A stretch of DNA of 64,000 nt from Candidatus Sumerlaeaceae bacterium. Its GTDB lineage: Bacteria; Sumerlaeota; Sumerlaeia; Sumerlaeales; Sumerlaeaceae. This document shows positions 31,107 to 40,266 of this stretch, piece after piece (the stretch's first letter is position 1; the number at the start of each line of letters is the position of its first letter). The notes under the pieces were generated by a model that was not told the origin of the DNA, did not search any database, and was given only the letters and a program-made list of their open reading frames with translations. Position numbers and translations under genes: made by a program. The stretch lies in the NCBI GenBank assembly GCA_051003195.1, contig JBPCLP010000055.1, forward strand, positions 58,313-122,312. The letters are read 5' to 3'.

Positions 31107-31973
31107 ATGAAAATTCAAATTCTCGGATCCAGCGTTATAGTTCTGTCGCTACTATCCGCCACACCATCGGTGGCACAAACACCCGCCGTTCCTGCTGCTG
31201 GCACTAAGGATCCTGCCGCCATGCAACTCCTGCAGCTTTATGCTAAAGGCGCCTCGCAGATGCAGACTACCTACATGGAATCTCAATCCACGGTCAAAAC
31301 GTCTGCCGGCACGATGAACCAGAATTTGAACATCAACACGCGCATGTGGCAGAAGATGCCAAACAAGACCTGCATGATTGTGCAGGGCGCCGGTAGCGAT
31401 ATGACGATCATATCAGACGGTCAGCAGATGATGACCTGGTTTCCCGCAAAAAAGCAGTACATGATTCAGCCGGCACCCGCAGATCCGAGCGCAGCAACCG
31501 GTGGTGCGGCCGGAGGCATGGGAGCTGGGATGGCGCAGGGAATGGCCTTCTCCCCAAAGGCGATGGAGAACATGGCGAATATGGTACAAAGCGCAACGCT
31601 TGTCGGTCCGGACACAGTAAATGGTCAGCCCGCTAAACATCTGAAGTTGAAGATGATGGGCATGGACATGGACATGTGGCTGTCGGACAGCACGACCGCA
31701 CCGCTGCCGCTACGCTCCACCATGACTATGAACACTCCGCAGATGACCATGGCATACGACAGCACTATGCGCTGGGTCCTTAACGAAGCCATTCCGGATG
31801 CCACGTTCACCGTAGCCGCACCGGCCGGTGCAACCAATATGGCCGGAGCAGCAGCAGTTGGCCCCAGGGCAACGCCCGCCAATCCTGCCGCGCAGGCGGA
31901 AGCCGTGAAAAGCGCCATGGGTCAGATGATGAGCCAGTTCCCCTCGAAGCCATCGCCCACGCCCCGCCGCTGA
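31107..31973 (+). CDS. Exported Met-rich protein, LolA-fold/DUF2092-like
   Basis: Signal peptide; IISDGQ...WFP.KKQY, G.DTVNG..A.HL, IPDATFT..P motifs. Confidence 0.7.
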   Translation: MKIQILGSSVIVLSLLSATPSVAQTPAVPAAGTKDPAAMQLLQLYAKGASQMQTTYMESQSTVKTSAGTMNQNLNINTRMWQKMPNKTCMIVQGAGSDMTIISDGQQMMTWFPAKKQYMIQPAPADPSAATGGAAGGMGAGMAQGMAFSPKAMENMANMVQSATLVGPDTVNGQPAKHLKLKMMGMDMDMWLSDSTTAPLPLRSTMTMNTPQMTMAYDSTMRWVLNEAIPDATFTVAAPAGATNMAGAAAVGPRATPANPAAQAEAVKSAMGQMMSQFPSKPSPTPRR

Positions 31974-32021
31974 GACCCGACTAACGTAAAAAGTCCCATC
32001 CATCGATCTGTCAGGCAAGCC

Positions 32022-32186
32022 CTGCCCACCAACCACTAACCACTCCACTGCCCACTGCCCACCAACCACTCCACTGCCCACTGCCCACCAACCACTAACC
32101 ACTCCACTGCCCACCAACCACTAACCACTCCACTGCCCACTACCCACTACCCACTACCCACTACCCACTACCCACAAACCACTGCC
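32022..32186. repeat. Heptameric short tandem repeat tract (CCCACTA/CCCACTG/ACCACTA)
   Basis: Five perfect CCCACTA units at 32136-32170 plus degenerate CCAC-containing units upstream. Confidence 0.9.
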
Positions 32187-32521
32187 GCTGGTCCACATCC
32201 TGCTTATATACAGGGTACTAGAACATGGAGGTCTGATAACATGAGTATTCTCAGAAGCATAGGCTCCGTATGGTTCGCGCGGCGCTTTCCTGTATTGGCA
32301 ATAGCTGGAATGGCTTACGGCATGTACAAACATCATCGTTCCACCCATCCACGCCTGCGGACCCGCTGAGACCCTTAAAATAATGTGCCCGGCATAAGCA
32401 TTCGCCGGGCACATTGTTTTTTGCGCCAGTGGTCCGTGCCAGGTCGCCAGGTACTGCACGATGAATGTTCTCCGGCAGCGCCAGTACCACTGTTTCTGTG
32501 CCCGGGAGCAATTTCGGGTGC

Positions 32522-32575
32522 GTGGCAGGCAAACGCTTCAGCTTCAATGCTGAAGGAATTGCCGATACCGACCAC
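32522..32575 (+). promoter_or_regulatory. Putative L1-binding autoregulatory leader of rplA
   Basis: GTGGCAGG...ACCAC closing helix just before the AAGGAG RBS, enclosing GGCAA/TTGCC and TTCAGC/GCTGAA stems. Confidence 0.55.
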
Positions 32576-32589
32576 AAAGGAGTGCCGAA

Positions 32590-33294
32590 ATGGCAAAACA
32601 TGGTAAGAAGTACGTCGACGCGTTGAAGAAATACGACGCGACGAAGAGTTATCCGCTCACCGAGGCGACGAAAGTCCTGAAGGACATCGCGTACGCCAAG
32701 TTCAACGAAACGGTCGATCTTGACCTGCGTCTTGGTGTCGATCCGCGTCACGCTGACCAGCAGGTGCGCGGCACAGTCAGCCTTCCTCACGGCACCGGCA
32801 AAAGCGTCCGCGTTGTCGTGTTCGCCAAGGGCGAAAAGGCCACCGAAGCTGAGAAAGCCGGAGCAGAAGTTGTCGGTGCGGAAGACCTGGTTGCAAAAAT
32901 CCAGGGCGGCTTCACCGACTTCGATGCGGCTATCGCTACACCCGACATGATGGGGCAAGTGGGTCGTCTGGGTAAGGTCCTTGGTCCGCGCGGCCTCATG
33001 CCGAATCCGAAGACCGGTACCGTCACGATGGATGTAGCCAAGGCAGTGGCTGAAATCAAAGCAGGTAAAGTCGAGTTCCGTGTCGACAAGACTGGCAACG
33101 TGCACGTCCCAATCGGCAAGATTCAGTTCACCGCCGACCAGATCGCACAGAATGCACAAACAGTTCTCGAGGCAATTCAGCGCGCCAAGCCCGCTGCCTC
33201 CAAAGGAACGTACATGCGCAGCATCGCCATAAGCAGTACGATGAGCCCTGCGGTTAAATTGACCTTCACACAGGCGAAGGTCGAAGCAGCTTAA
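32590..33294 (+). CDS. rplA: 50S ribosomal protein L1
   Basis: [41 protein letters not shown]. Confidence 0.98.
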   Translation: MAKHGKKYVDALKKYDATKSYPLTEATKVLKDIAYAKFNETVDLDLRLGVDPRHADQQVRGTVSLPHGTGKSVRVVVFAKGEKATEAEKAGAEVVGAEDLVAKIQGGFTDFDAAIATPDMMGQVGRLGKVLGPRGLMPNPKTGTVTMDVAKAVAEIKAGKVEFRVDKTGNVHVPIGKIQFTADQIAQNAQTVLEAIQRAKPAASKGTYMRSIAISSTMSPAVKLTFTQAKVEAA

Positions 33295-33322
33295 AACTCA
33301 GTACTAATTCCGGGTTCCCACT

Positions 33323-33352
33323 AAAGCCGCGGAGAAGTTTCCGCGGCTTTTT
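33323..33352 (+). terminator. Intrinsic terminator after rplA
   Basis: AAAGCCGCGGA-GAAGTT-TCCGCGGCTTTTT. Confidence 0.8.
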
Positions 33353-33543
33353 ATTCATCTGTGGTCCAGAGCCCGGCGTCCATCGTGCTCGTCCAGGACT
33401 GTGACAAGACGTGGCGGGTCGGGCTCGCTGTCTCGTCCACATTAAATTCTTGTCAGCAAATTTCCAGGGGACGCAAAGTCTGACTTCATAAGTTTCACAC
33501 CGACTGCCCTTTAACTTTTTAGATGAACGGAAAGTAGCGTTGG

Positions 33544-34296
33544 ATGGACAATATTCTGCATGCACTTAGCGACCCTCAGGCATGGGTTGCACTGCTCACG
33601 CTTACACTTCTCGAAATTGTTCTCGGCATCGATAACATCGTCTTCATTTCGATTCTGGCCGGCAAATTACCGATCGACCAGCAAAAACGCGCACGTACGA
33701 CAGGCCTCATGCTGGCCATGGTTATGCGTATCATTCTACTCCTATGCATTACGTGGGTAATGGGGCTGACCAGGGACCTTTTCCGGATACTCGGCCAGGG
33801 AATCTCGGGAAAAGATCTCATCCTCATCGGAGGCGGCCTTTTCCTCATAGGTAAGGCAACACGCGAGATTCACGAAAAGCTCGAGGGGGCAGAGGAGGAA
33901 AAAACGGCCGCCCTGGTGCGCAAATCGTTTTGGGCAATTATCATTCAGATCATCCTGATCGATATCGTATTTTCATTAGACTCCGTGATTACGGCCGTTG
34001 GCATGGCTAAACAGTTATGGGTGATGATCGCCGCCGTGGTGATTGCTGTCGCTTTCATGCTCGTCTTCGCCGGTCTCGTCTCACGCTTCGTCGATCGGCA
34101 CCCCACCGTCAAAATGCTGGCTCTCTCATTCCTGGTCTTGATAGGGGTAAATCTGATTGCCGAGGGCTGCGGACAGCATATTCCCAAAGGATACACCTAC
34201 TTTGCGATGGCTTTTGCCGTGGCCGTCGAATCGCTGAACCTGCGCTTAAGAAAAGCCACCCCCGAACCCGTCCATCTCCGGCAAAGGCCGCTCTAG
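33544..34296 (+). CDS. TerC-family membrane protein
   Basis: LEIVLGIDN, DIVFSLDSVITAVG, IPKGY.YFAM. Confidence 0.93.
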   Translation: MDNILHALSDPQAWVALLTLTLLEIVLGIDNIVFISILAGKLPIDQQKRARTTGLMLAMVMRIILLLCITWVMGLTRDLFRILGQGISGKDLILIGGGLFLIGKATREIHEKLEGAEEEKTAALVRKSFWAIIIQIILIDIVFSLDSVITAVGMAKQLWVMIAAVVIAVAFMLVFAGLVSRFVDRHPTVKMLALSFLVLIGVNLIAEGCGQHIPKGYTYFAMAFAVAVESLNLRLRKATPEPVHLRQRPL

Positions 34297-34487
34297 TGTG
34301 CCGAACCAGAAGATCGTATCCACGTATCAATGGGATTCTGCGCTCGTTCGGCACACAGAACCTGCCAACGAACTAATGGTATACCACTCTAGTGTGCCGA
34401 ATCAGTAGTTTCTTACCAGACCAAAGGGCAGACTAGACCTCGATTCGGCACACAGAACAGATTACGAACTAACGGTAGACCACACTA
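34294..34487. repeat. Head-to-tail tandem of two 98-bp family A elements (34294-34391, 34390-34487)
   Basis: Both begin TAGTGTGCCGAA, contain TTCGGCACACAGAAC and end CCAC(T/A)CTA; they share the TA at 34390-34391. The first TAG is the TerC gene stop. Confidence 0.9.
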
Positions 34488-34723
34488 CCAGCAAGCGATT
34501 GAACAACAAGTTGATGAGTTAAGGCGGCGACGAGACTCTGTGCGCCTGTTTCTGCCTCTGTGCACGGGCATTGCCGACGATCACGTTGACCAGGTCGCAA
34601 TCCTTAGGTTGTGGCTATGTGCGGTCTCTCCTGGCGCGATGCTAAACTTCGCTAACGCAGGGATTTACCCGGCTTGCTATCAGCGGAACATCTGCCAATG
34701 CGCAGCCGCGGTGATTGATTCTG

Positions 34724-35755
34724 CTACACCCCAGCAGGTACCGGCACCGTCTTACCGACCGCTTCCGCAATCGGCCGAAGTTCTTCCATCATCTGGTCGA
34801 ACTTGCTGAACTTCAGCGTCTGCGCGCCGTCGCTCCAGGCCTTCTCCGGATTCGGGTGAACCTCGACGAGAAGTCCATGTGCACCACAAGCCACCGCCGC
34901 CTTCGCCAGTTGGCTGACAAAACGGAAATCACCTGCTGCATGGCTTGGATCAACGAACACGGGAAGATGTGTTTCCTGCATCGCAACGCACACCGCGCAA
35001 AGATCCAGCGTGTTGCGCGTACTCGTCTCAAAAGTGCGGATGCCGCGCTCCACCAGGATCACGTTCTTGTTACCCTGGCTCATCACGTACTCGGCACTCA
35101 TCAACCATTCTTTAACGGTCATGCACATGCCGCGCTTCAGGAAAACGGGCTTCTCGTACTTGCCCACTTCGCGAAGCAGGTTAAAGTTCTGCGCATTGCG
35201 GGTGCCAATCTGGAAAGAGTCTGACCATTTGTTGACCAGCTCAACGTCGCGCGTGTCCATGACTTCGGTTACGATGGCCAGCCCGGTTTCCTCGCGCGCG
35301 TCCGCCAGCATGCGAAGTCCTTCCTCAGCCAGCCCGGCAAAATCGTAGGGTGATGTCCGCGGCTTGAACGCACCGCCGCGCAGCAACTTCGCTCCACTCT
35401 GTTTAATGGCACGCGCCGTCTCGAACAGGCTGTCATTCTTCTCAACGCTGCATGGACCACCGGCCACGATGATCTCATCGCCGCCGATCTCGAAATCGCG
35501 CATCTTGATACGCGTGCCACCTGGGCAAAACGCACGCCCCGCCAACTTGTAAGGCTTCATGATTGGTGTGGCACTTTCCACGCCGGGAATGGCCGTAAAG
35601 GGAACCTGTTGTATTTTGGACTCGTCTCCAATTGCGCCAACCACCGTGCGCTCCACGCCTTTACTGACATGCGCCTGCAACCCCGCCTCGCGGATCACGT
35701 CCGTCAGGTGGTCGATCTGCTCCTGGGTTGCATCCGCGCTCATTACAATGATCAT
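34724..35755 (-). CDS. aroF: DAHP synthase type I-beta with N-terminal regulatory domain
   Basis: GPCSVE, RGGAFKPRTSPY.F.G, QIGTRN.QN, ERGIRTFE, DPSH, EVHPNPE.A.SDG. Confidence 0.95.
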   Translation of the reverse strand: MIIVMSADATQEQIDHLTDVIREAGLQAHVSKGVERTVVGAIGDESKIQQVPFTAIPGVESATPIMKPYKLAGRAFCPGGTRIKMRDFEIGGDEIIVAGGPCSVEKNDSLFETARAIKQSGAKLLRGGAFKPRTSPYDFAGLAEEGLRMLADAREETGLAIVTEVMDTRDVELVNKWSDSFQIGTRNAQNFNLLREVGKYEKPVFLKRGMCMTVKEWLMSAEYVMSQGNKNVILVERGIRTFETSTRNTLDLCAVCVAMQETHLPVFVDPSHAAGDFRFVSQLAKAAVACGAHGLLVEVHPNPEKAWSDGAQTLKFSKFDQMMEELRPIAEAVGKTVPVPAGV

Positions 35756-35798
35756 GACAGCTCTACTTCCTTGCACTTTCTAATGTTGCCTCAACCTC

Positions 35799-35896
35799 TA
35801 GTGTGCCAAATCAGAAGTTCCTATTCAGTTTGAGCAGGGAAGACAAGCTCGATTTGGCACACAGAACCGAATACGAATTAACGGTAGACCACACCA
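35799..35896. repeat. Family A copy overlapping the hisC 3' end
   Basis: TAGTGTGCCAAATC...GATTTGGCACACAGAACCGAATACGAATTAACGGTAGACCACACCA. Confidence 0.9.
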
Positions 35897-36987
35897 GGTT
35901 CCATCACGGCCCCCAAAGCTTCAATAAAAATTTCGTTCTCCCGGGGCAAGCCCACGCTTACGCGCAGATGGTTCGGAAGGCGGTACATACCCATGGGCCG
36001 AACAATCACCCCGCGACGCAAGAGGTTCTCGTACACCGGCGCCGCAGGACGCTTCAGGTCCATCAGCACAAAGTTGGCATGGCTGGGCACATACTCCACT
36101 CCCATCGCATCCAGCTTCGCATACAGGTATTCACGACCCTCTGCATTGCCTTCGACCGTCCGGCGAAGATGAGCGGTATCGTCCAAGGCCGCATTCGCGG
36201 CAGCCTGGGCCATACGGTTCGCATTGAACGGTGGACGGATTCGGTCGACCGCATCCCAGACATCAGGGTGTGCGATTGCATAGCCAATTCGCAGCCCCGC
36301 CAGTCCGTAGGCCTTACTGAACGTGCGGAGAATGATCAGATTCGGGTGCTCCTGCAACAGGCTCACGCTTTTTGGATACTCGCTCCACCCGGATGCATAC
36401 TCATAGTAAGCTTCATCCAGTGCCACCATCACGTTCGCCGGAACTCTGGATAGCAGCCTGTTCACCTCAGCAGCCGTCACAGCCGACCCCACCGGATTAT
36501 CCGGGTTCGCAAGAAATACGAACCGCGTGTTCGCATCCACCGCATCTGCCAGTGCGTCGACATCGTGCCGCCAGTCTTTCATCCCGACATGCTTCGTCGC
36601 GGCACCCATCGAGGTCGCGCCCATTTCGTACCGGATGAACGCCAGGTCAGAGCACACGATGTTTGCCCCCGGCTCCAGGTACGCCATCGCCAGCATCGCA
36701 ACCACTTCGTCAGAACCATTGCCAAACAGCAGGGTTTCAGGCGCGACATTCAGCCTCTGCGCGAGCTTTTGCCGCAGGTAATGGCACCCGCTCTCCGGGT
36801 ATAGATGCAGCTCGGGAGCCTCCCGAGCGATCGCCTCCAGTGCCATCGGCGACGGACCGTAAGGGTTCTCGTTTGACGCGAGCTTGACAACATCCGTCAG
36901 CCCGTACTCGCGCTGAACTTCCTCCACCGGCTTGCCGGGCGGGTAGGGCTGCAGTGATTCTAGTGCCTGCCGAAATGGGAATCGCAT
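35878..36987 (-). CDS. hisC: Histidinol-phosphate aminotransferase
   Basis: KLASNENP, GNGSDE, NP.NP.G, DEAY.EY, RTFSKAYGLAGLRIGY. Confidence 0.95.
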   Translation of the reverse strand: MRFPFRQALESLQPYPPGKPVEEVQREYGLTDVVKLASNENPYGPSPMALEAIAREAPELHLYPESGCHYLRQKLAQRLNVAPETLLFGNGSDEVVAMLAMAYLEPGANIVCSDLAFIRYEMGATSMGAATKHVGMKDWRHDVDALADAVDANTRFVFLANPDNPVGSAVTAAEVNRLLSRVPANVMVALDEAYYEYASGWSEYPKSVSLLQEHPNLIILRTFSKAYGLAGLRIGYAIAHPDVWDAVDRIRPPFNANRMAQAAANAALDDTAHLRRTVEGNAEGREYLYAKLDAMGVEYVPSHANFVLMDLKRPAAPVYENLLRRGVIVRPMGMYRLPNHLRVSVGLPRENEIFIEALGAVMEPGVVYR

Positions 36988-37086
36988 GGTGTGCATACTG
37001 CAAACTGCGCCGGAAAGTATTTGCTCAGATCCCCTCCTAAACTTAACACTCGCATTGGTGCGCTGTAATGTGAAACCTGCCATTCC

Positions 37087-37302
37087 ATGTCTGAGTCCGC
37101 CGCATTTGTCCTCTTCCTTACGCTCGGTTTGCAGGTTTACCTGTTCACCTCTCTCTGGTGGCTCATTTATTGGGGCCGACGTTCACGTGCGAGCCGCATC
37201 ACAGGCTGGCGTGGCGGTCCAACCGCCTTCGCACCACTTGCGCTGCTGCTGGGTTTCTGCGTAGTGGGGCTGGTAAGATTCATCATCGCCCGGCTGCAAT
37301 AA
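37087..37302 (+). CDS. Small two-TM membrane protein
   Basis: Two hydrophobic stretches, ATG start, sits in an otherwise empty gap. Confidence 0.5.
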   Translation: MSESAAFVLFLTLGLQVYLFTSLWWLIYWGRRSRASRITGWRGGPTAFAPLALLLGFCVVGLVRFIIARLQ

Positions 37303-37498
37303 CTCCCTCGCTTTTTACATCGGGCTAAATAGACCGTTGTGCGCATGAGCCGCAAAACGAACGCATCCGCGCGAAACTCAACAAGCCGCCGCACCCCAAA
37401 CTGAAACCGTAGCCGCCGGTCCCTTTTCCACTGGCAAACCCGGTTTACCGGGCGCCGAAGTCAATCAGGTGTTCACTTCGCAGGAGACCCAAACCCCA

Positions 37499-38479
37499 AT
37501 GATCATCCGTCGTCTTACACAGACCGCGCTACTTTGCACCCTCGCCGCCCTCGCCTTTGCCACGGAAGAGGCAGACCCCAGCAAGCCGGCGCCAAAAGCT
37601 GCCGCCAAATCCAGCTACAAGATCGGCATGAGCCAGTGCAACCTCGGCGAACCGTGGCGCGTGCAGATGAACGCCGACATCAAGAAGGCCGCCGAAGCGC
37701 ACCCCGAACTCCAGGTGACATATAAGGACGCGCAAAACGACACCCTCAAGCAGCGCGCCCAGATCGAGGAATTCGTCAGCGCCGGCGTCGACCTGCTCAT
37801 CGTCTCCCCCAAAGAAGCCGCTCCGCTCACTCCCCCCATCGCCGCCGCCTACAAAAAAGGCATCCCCGTCATCGTGCTCGACCGCGCCGTCCTCGGCGAC
37901 GACTACACCCTGTTCATCGGCGCCGACAACAAGAAGATCGGCAAGGCAGCGGGCAAATACATCACCAAACTACTGGGCGGCAAAGGCAGCATCGTTGAGC
38001 TGAAGGGACTCATGACCAGCATACCGGGCCACGATCGCCACTCCGGGTTTGTTGACGGCATCGCCGGCAATCCCGACCTCAAAGTCGTATTCGAGGCCGA
38101 CATGAAGTGGCTCGAGCCGGACGCCCGCAAGGAAATGGAATCCGCTCTCTCCCGTTTCCCGAAGATCGACCTGGTATACGCCCACAATGACCCCGGCGCC
38201 CACGGTGCCTATCTTGCCGCGAAGGCAGCGGGCCGCGACAAGGACATCAAGTTCATCGGCATCGATGCCCTGCCCCAGGAAGGCCAGGCTTACGTCGCGC
38301 AGGGCATCCTCGCCGCCAGCTTCGAATACCCCACCGGCGGTAAAGAAGCCATCGACTCAGCCCTGGATATCCTCAAAGACAGCGAGCGCGAGCCCACAGA
38401 GAAAAAGATGGTGCTGAAGTCCCGCGTGTTCACCAAAGAAAACCTCTCCAAAGGCGGCGACGTGCTGGCGGGCGACTGA
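37499..38479 (+). CDS. Sugar ABC transporter periplasmic binding protein (RbsB-like)
   Basis: Signal peptide; EPWR..M, GVDLLIVSP, GIPVIVLDR, IGADN...G, YAHND, IGIDAL. Confidence 0.9.
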   Translation: MIIRRLTQTALLCTLAALAFATEEADPSKPAPKAAAKSSYKIGMSQCNLGEPWRVQMNADIKKAAEAHPELQVTYKDAQNDTLKQRAQIEEFVSAGVDLLIVSPKEAAPLTPPIAAAYKKGIPVIVLDRAVLGDDYTLFIGADNKKIGKAAGKYITKLLGGKGSIVELKGLMTSIPGHDRHSGFVDGIAGNPDLKVVFEADMKWLEPDARKEMESALSRFPKIDLVYAHNDPGAHGAYLAAKAAGRDKDIKFIGIDALPQEGQAYVAQGILAASFEYPTGGKEAIDSALDILKDSEREPTEKKMVLKSRVFTKENLSKGGDVLAGD

Positions 38480-38626
38480 ATCGCGCAAAGTCTCGCCTGG
38501 ATAATCGTGGAACCGTCATTTCGGACTCCAAATGCAACGAGGGCATCGCACTCAGCTAACGAGCCGTGGTGACAAATTGTTAATTACCATTGCATAGGAC
38601 AACTGTGTCCAGAATGCGGGGTAACC

Positions 38627-40240
38627 GTGCCACGCAAGACACATAGGCGAGCATCGCACAGTCGCACAACTACAGAGCTGGCTCTTGCTCCATCACCTCC
38701 CCTCGGGATCGTCCGGTTATTACTGCCTGCCCTGCTTACCCTCGTCCTGGTGCTCTTCGTGTTTGTTCCAGTCGAGGAATACGACCTCTGGTTTCATCTG
38801 GCGTTTGCGAAATACCTGCAAACCAACGGCCACTTCCCTCCAGGCGACGTCTTCTCATCCACCTCCTTCGGCCGCGAGTGGATTTCCACGGGCTGGCTCG
38901 GCTCCGTGCTGCTTAACTGGCTCTGGGAGCACGCCGGACACGCGCGCAACGTCGCCCCCATCTGCATTTTTATATTCGCGCAGATTGCCGCGGGCTATCT
39001 TGCCATCTACGTATTTGCCGCGCGGCGCGGACTCCACTTGGCCGCTTTCGTACTCCTGCTCCCCGCGATCATGACCGCCTCGCTCCGCTTCAACGCACGC
39101 CCCGACGTCGCGAGCCAGCTTTGCATCGGACTCCTGCTGATCATACTTTCCTCCGTCGAGCATCCCATTGACCGCCCCACCGCCGCGTCACGATCCCCCG
39201 CCGCCACCGCGCCCATCCCATGGCAACTCTACCTGCTGCCACCCCTCATAGCGTTATGGGCCAACCTGCATGTCGGCTTTATGGCCGGCCTCATGCCGCT
39301 CGCTGCCTTTGGGTTGCAGCGCGCCCTCGAGTGGCGCAAGACACACCACCGCACCAACGCCGCAGCAGCCCTGCTGTGCGCTCTAAGCTGCTTCTCCTGG
39401 ATGCTCAATCCCTACGGCTGGACACTGCTAAAACTCCCCGGAAAAATCAGTTCCGTGCCCGGTATCACGCAGATGCTCTTCGAGTGGATGCCACTCTTCC
39501 AGCCGCCCCACAACCTGCCCGCACTCACCTATGCTCTTTTGGCGCTGCTTCTTCTGCTTGTCGGCGCCATCATTGCAACGTCGCCGCGCAAACCACGTGC
39601 CTGGGAAATTCTCACTGCGCTTTTCGTGCTGGCCATCACGTGGAACGCCCGACGCCAGCTCGCGCTCACCTGCGTCGCCCTTCCAATTCTTGCGCTGCCC
39701 TACGCCGGCCGCTTCAATCAAATCATCGCGCGTCGCAAAACGTGGGCTATCGCCGGCGCGTGCTCCGCCACCGCCGCCGCGCTCGCTATCAAGATCTCCG
39801 GCATGCTGGTTACCGGCGGCTGGCCTTCCGCCCGCATGCTCGACAACACATTTCCCTCCGGCGCCGTCCAGTTTCTGCTCAAACATCGTCCACCTGATAA
39901 CATGTTTAATTCGTATCATTACGGCGCCTACCTGCTCTACCACCTTGGACCCGAGACCAAAGTCTTTATCGATGGCCGGGTGGACACCTACGACGCACAG
40001 GTATTTGTCGATGACCGCGCGATCGAAGCAGGGCAGATGACCCTCGAGCAGGCCGAAGCAAAATACAAACTAAACACATGGGTGCTCGACGCGCGCCCCG
40101 GCTACGATCCAGGACAGATGGTGCGGCGCCTCGCCGCCAATCCGAAATACGTGCCCGTCTTCGCCGATGCCAGCGCGATAGTCTTCGTCCGGCGCGCACC
40201 CGAAACCGCCGCCTACCTGCAGAAAATTGGTAAGCCCTGA
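38627..40240 (+). CDS. Polytopic membrane protein, GT-C-like (DLWxHL type)
   Basis: DLWFHL..A, LWANLH.GF, LNPYG, EW, MFNSYHYGAYL, VFIDGR.D.Y; paralog of 43444. Confidence 0.75.
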   Translation: MPRKTHRRASHSRTTTELALAPSPPLGIVRLLLPALLTLVLVLFVFVPVEEYDLWFHLAFAKYLQTNGHFPPGDVFSSTSFGREWISTGWLGSVLLNWLWEHAGHARNVAPICIFIFAQIAAGYLAIYVFAARRGLHLAAFVLLLPAIMTASLRFNARPDVASQLCIGLLLIILSSVEHPIDRPTAASRSPAATAPIPWQLYLLPPLIALWANLHVGFMAGLMPLAAFGLQRALEWRKTHHRTNAAAALLCALSCFSWMLNPYGWTLLKLPGKISSVPGITQMLFEWMPLFQPPHNLPALTYALLALLLLLVGAIIATSPRKPRAWEILTALFVLAITWNARRQLALTCVALPILALPYAGRFNQIIARRKTWAIAGACSATAAALAIKISGMLVTGGWPSARMLDNTFPSGAVQFLLKHRPPDNMFNSYHYGAYLLYHLGPETKVFIDGRVDTYDAQVFVDDRAIEAGQMTLEQAEAKYKLNTWVLDARPGYDPGQMVRRLAANPKYVPVFADASAIVFVRRAPETAAYLQKIGKP

Positions 40241-40266
40241 ACTGCGCGAGCGCACCGACCACACCG

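Noticed and set aside
33455..33510. GCAAA...GGGACGCAAAG resembling a c-di-GMP-I riboswitch, or a yybP-ykoY element before the TerC gene
   Set aside because: The GNRA-capped stem and second hairpin of c-di-GMP-I are not evident and the yybP-ykoY consensus is not found. An Rfam cmscan would be decisive.
34294..34487. Tandem repeat with variable inserts as a CRISPR array
   Set aside because: Only two 98-bp units. The variable part lies inside a stem, copies are dispersed singly elsewhere, and there are no cas genes in the window.
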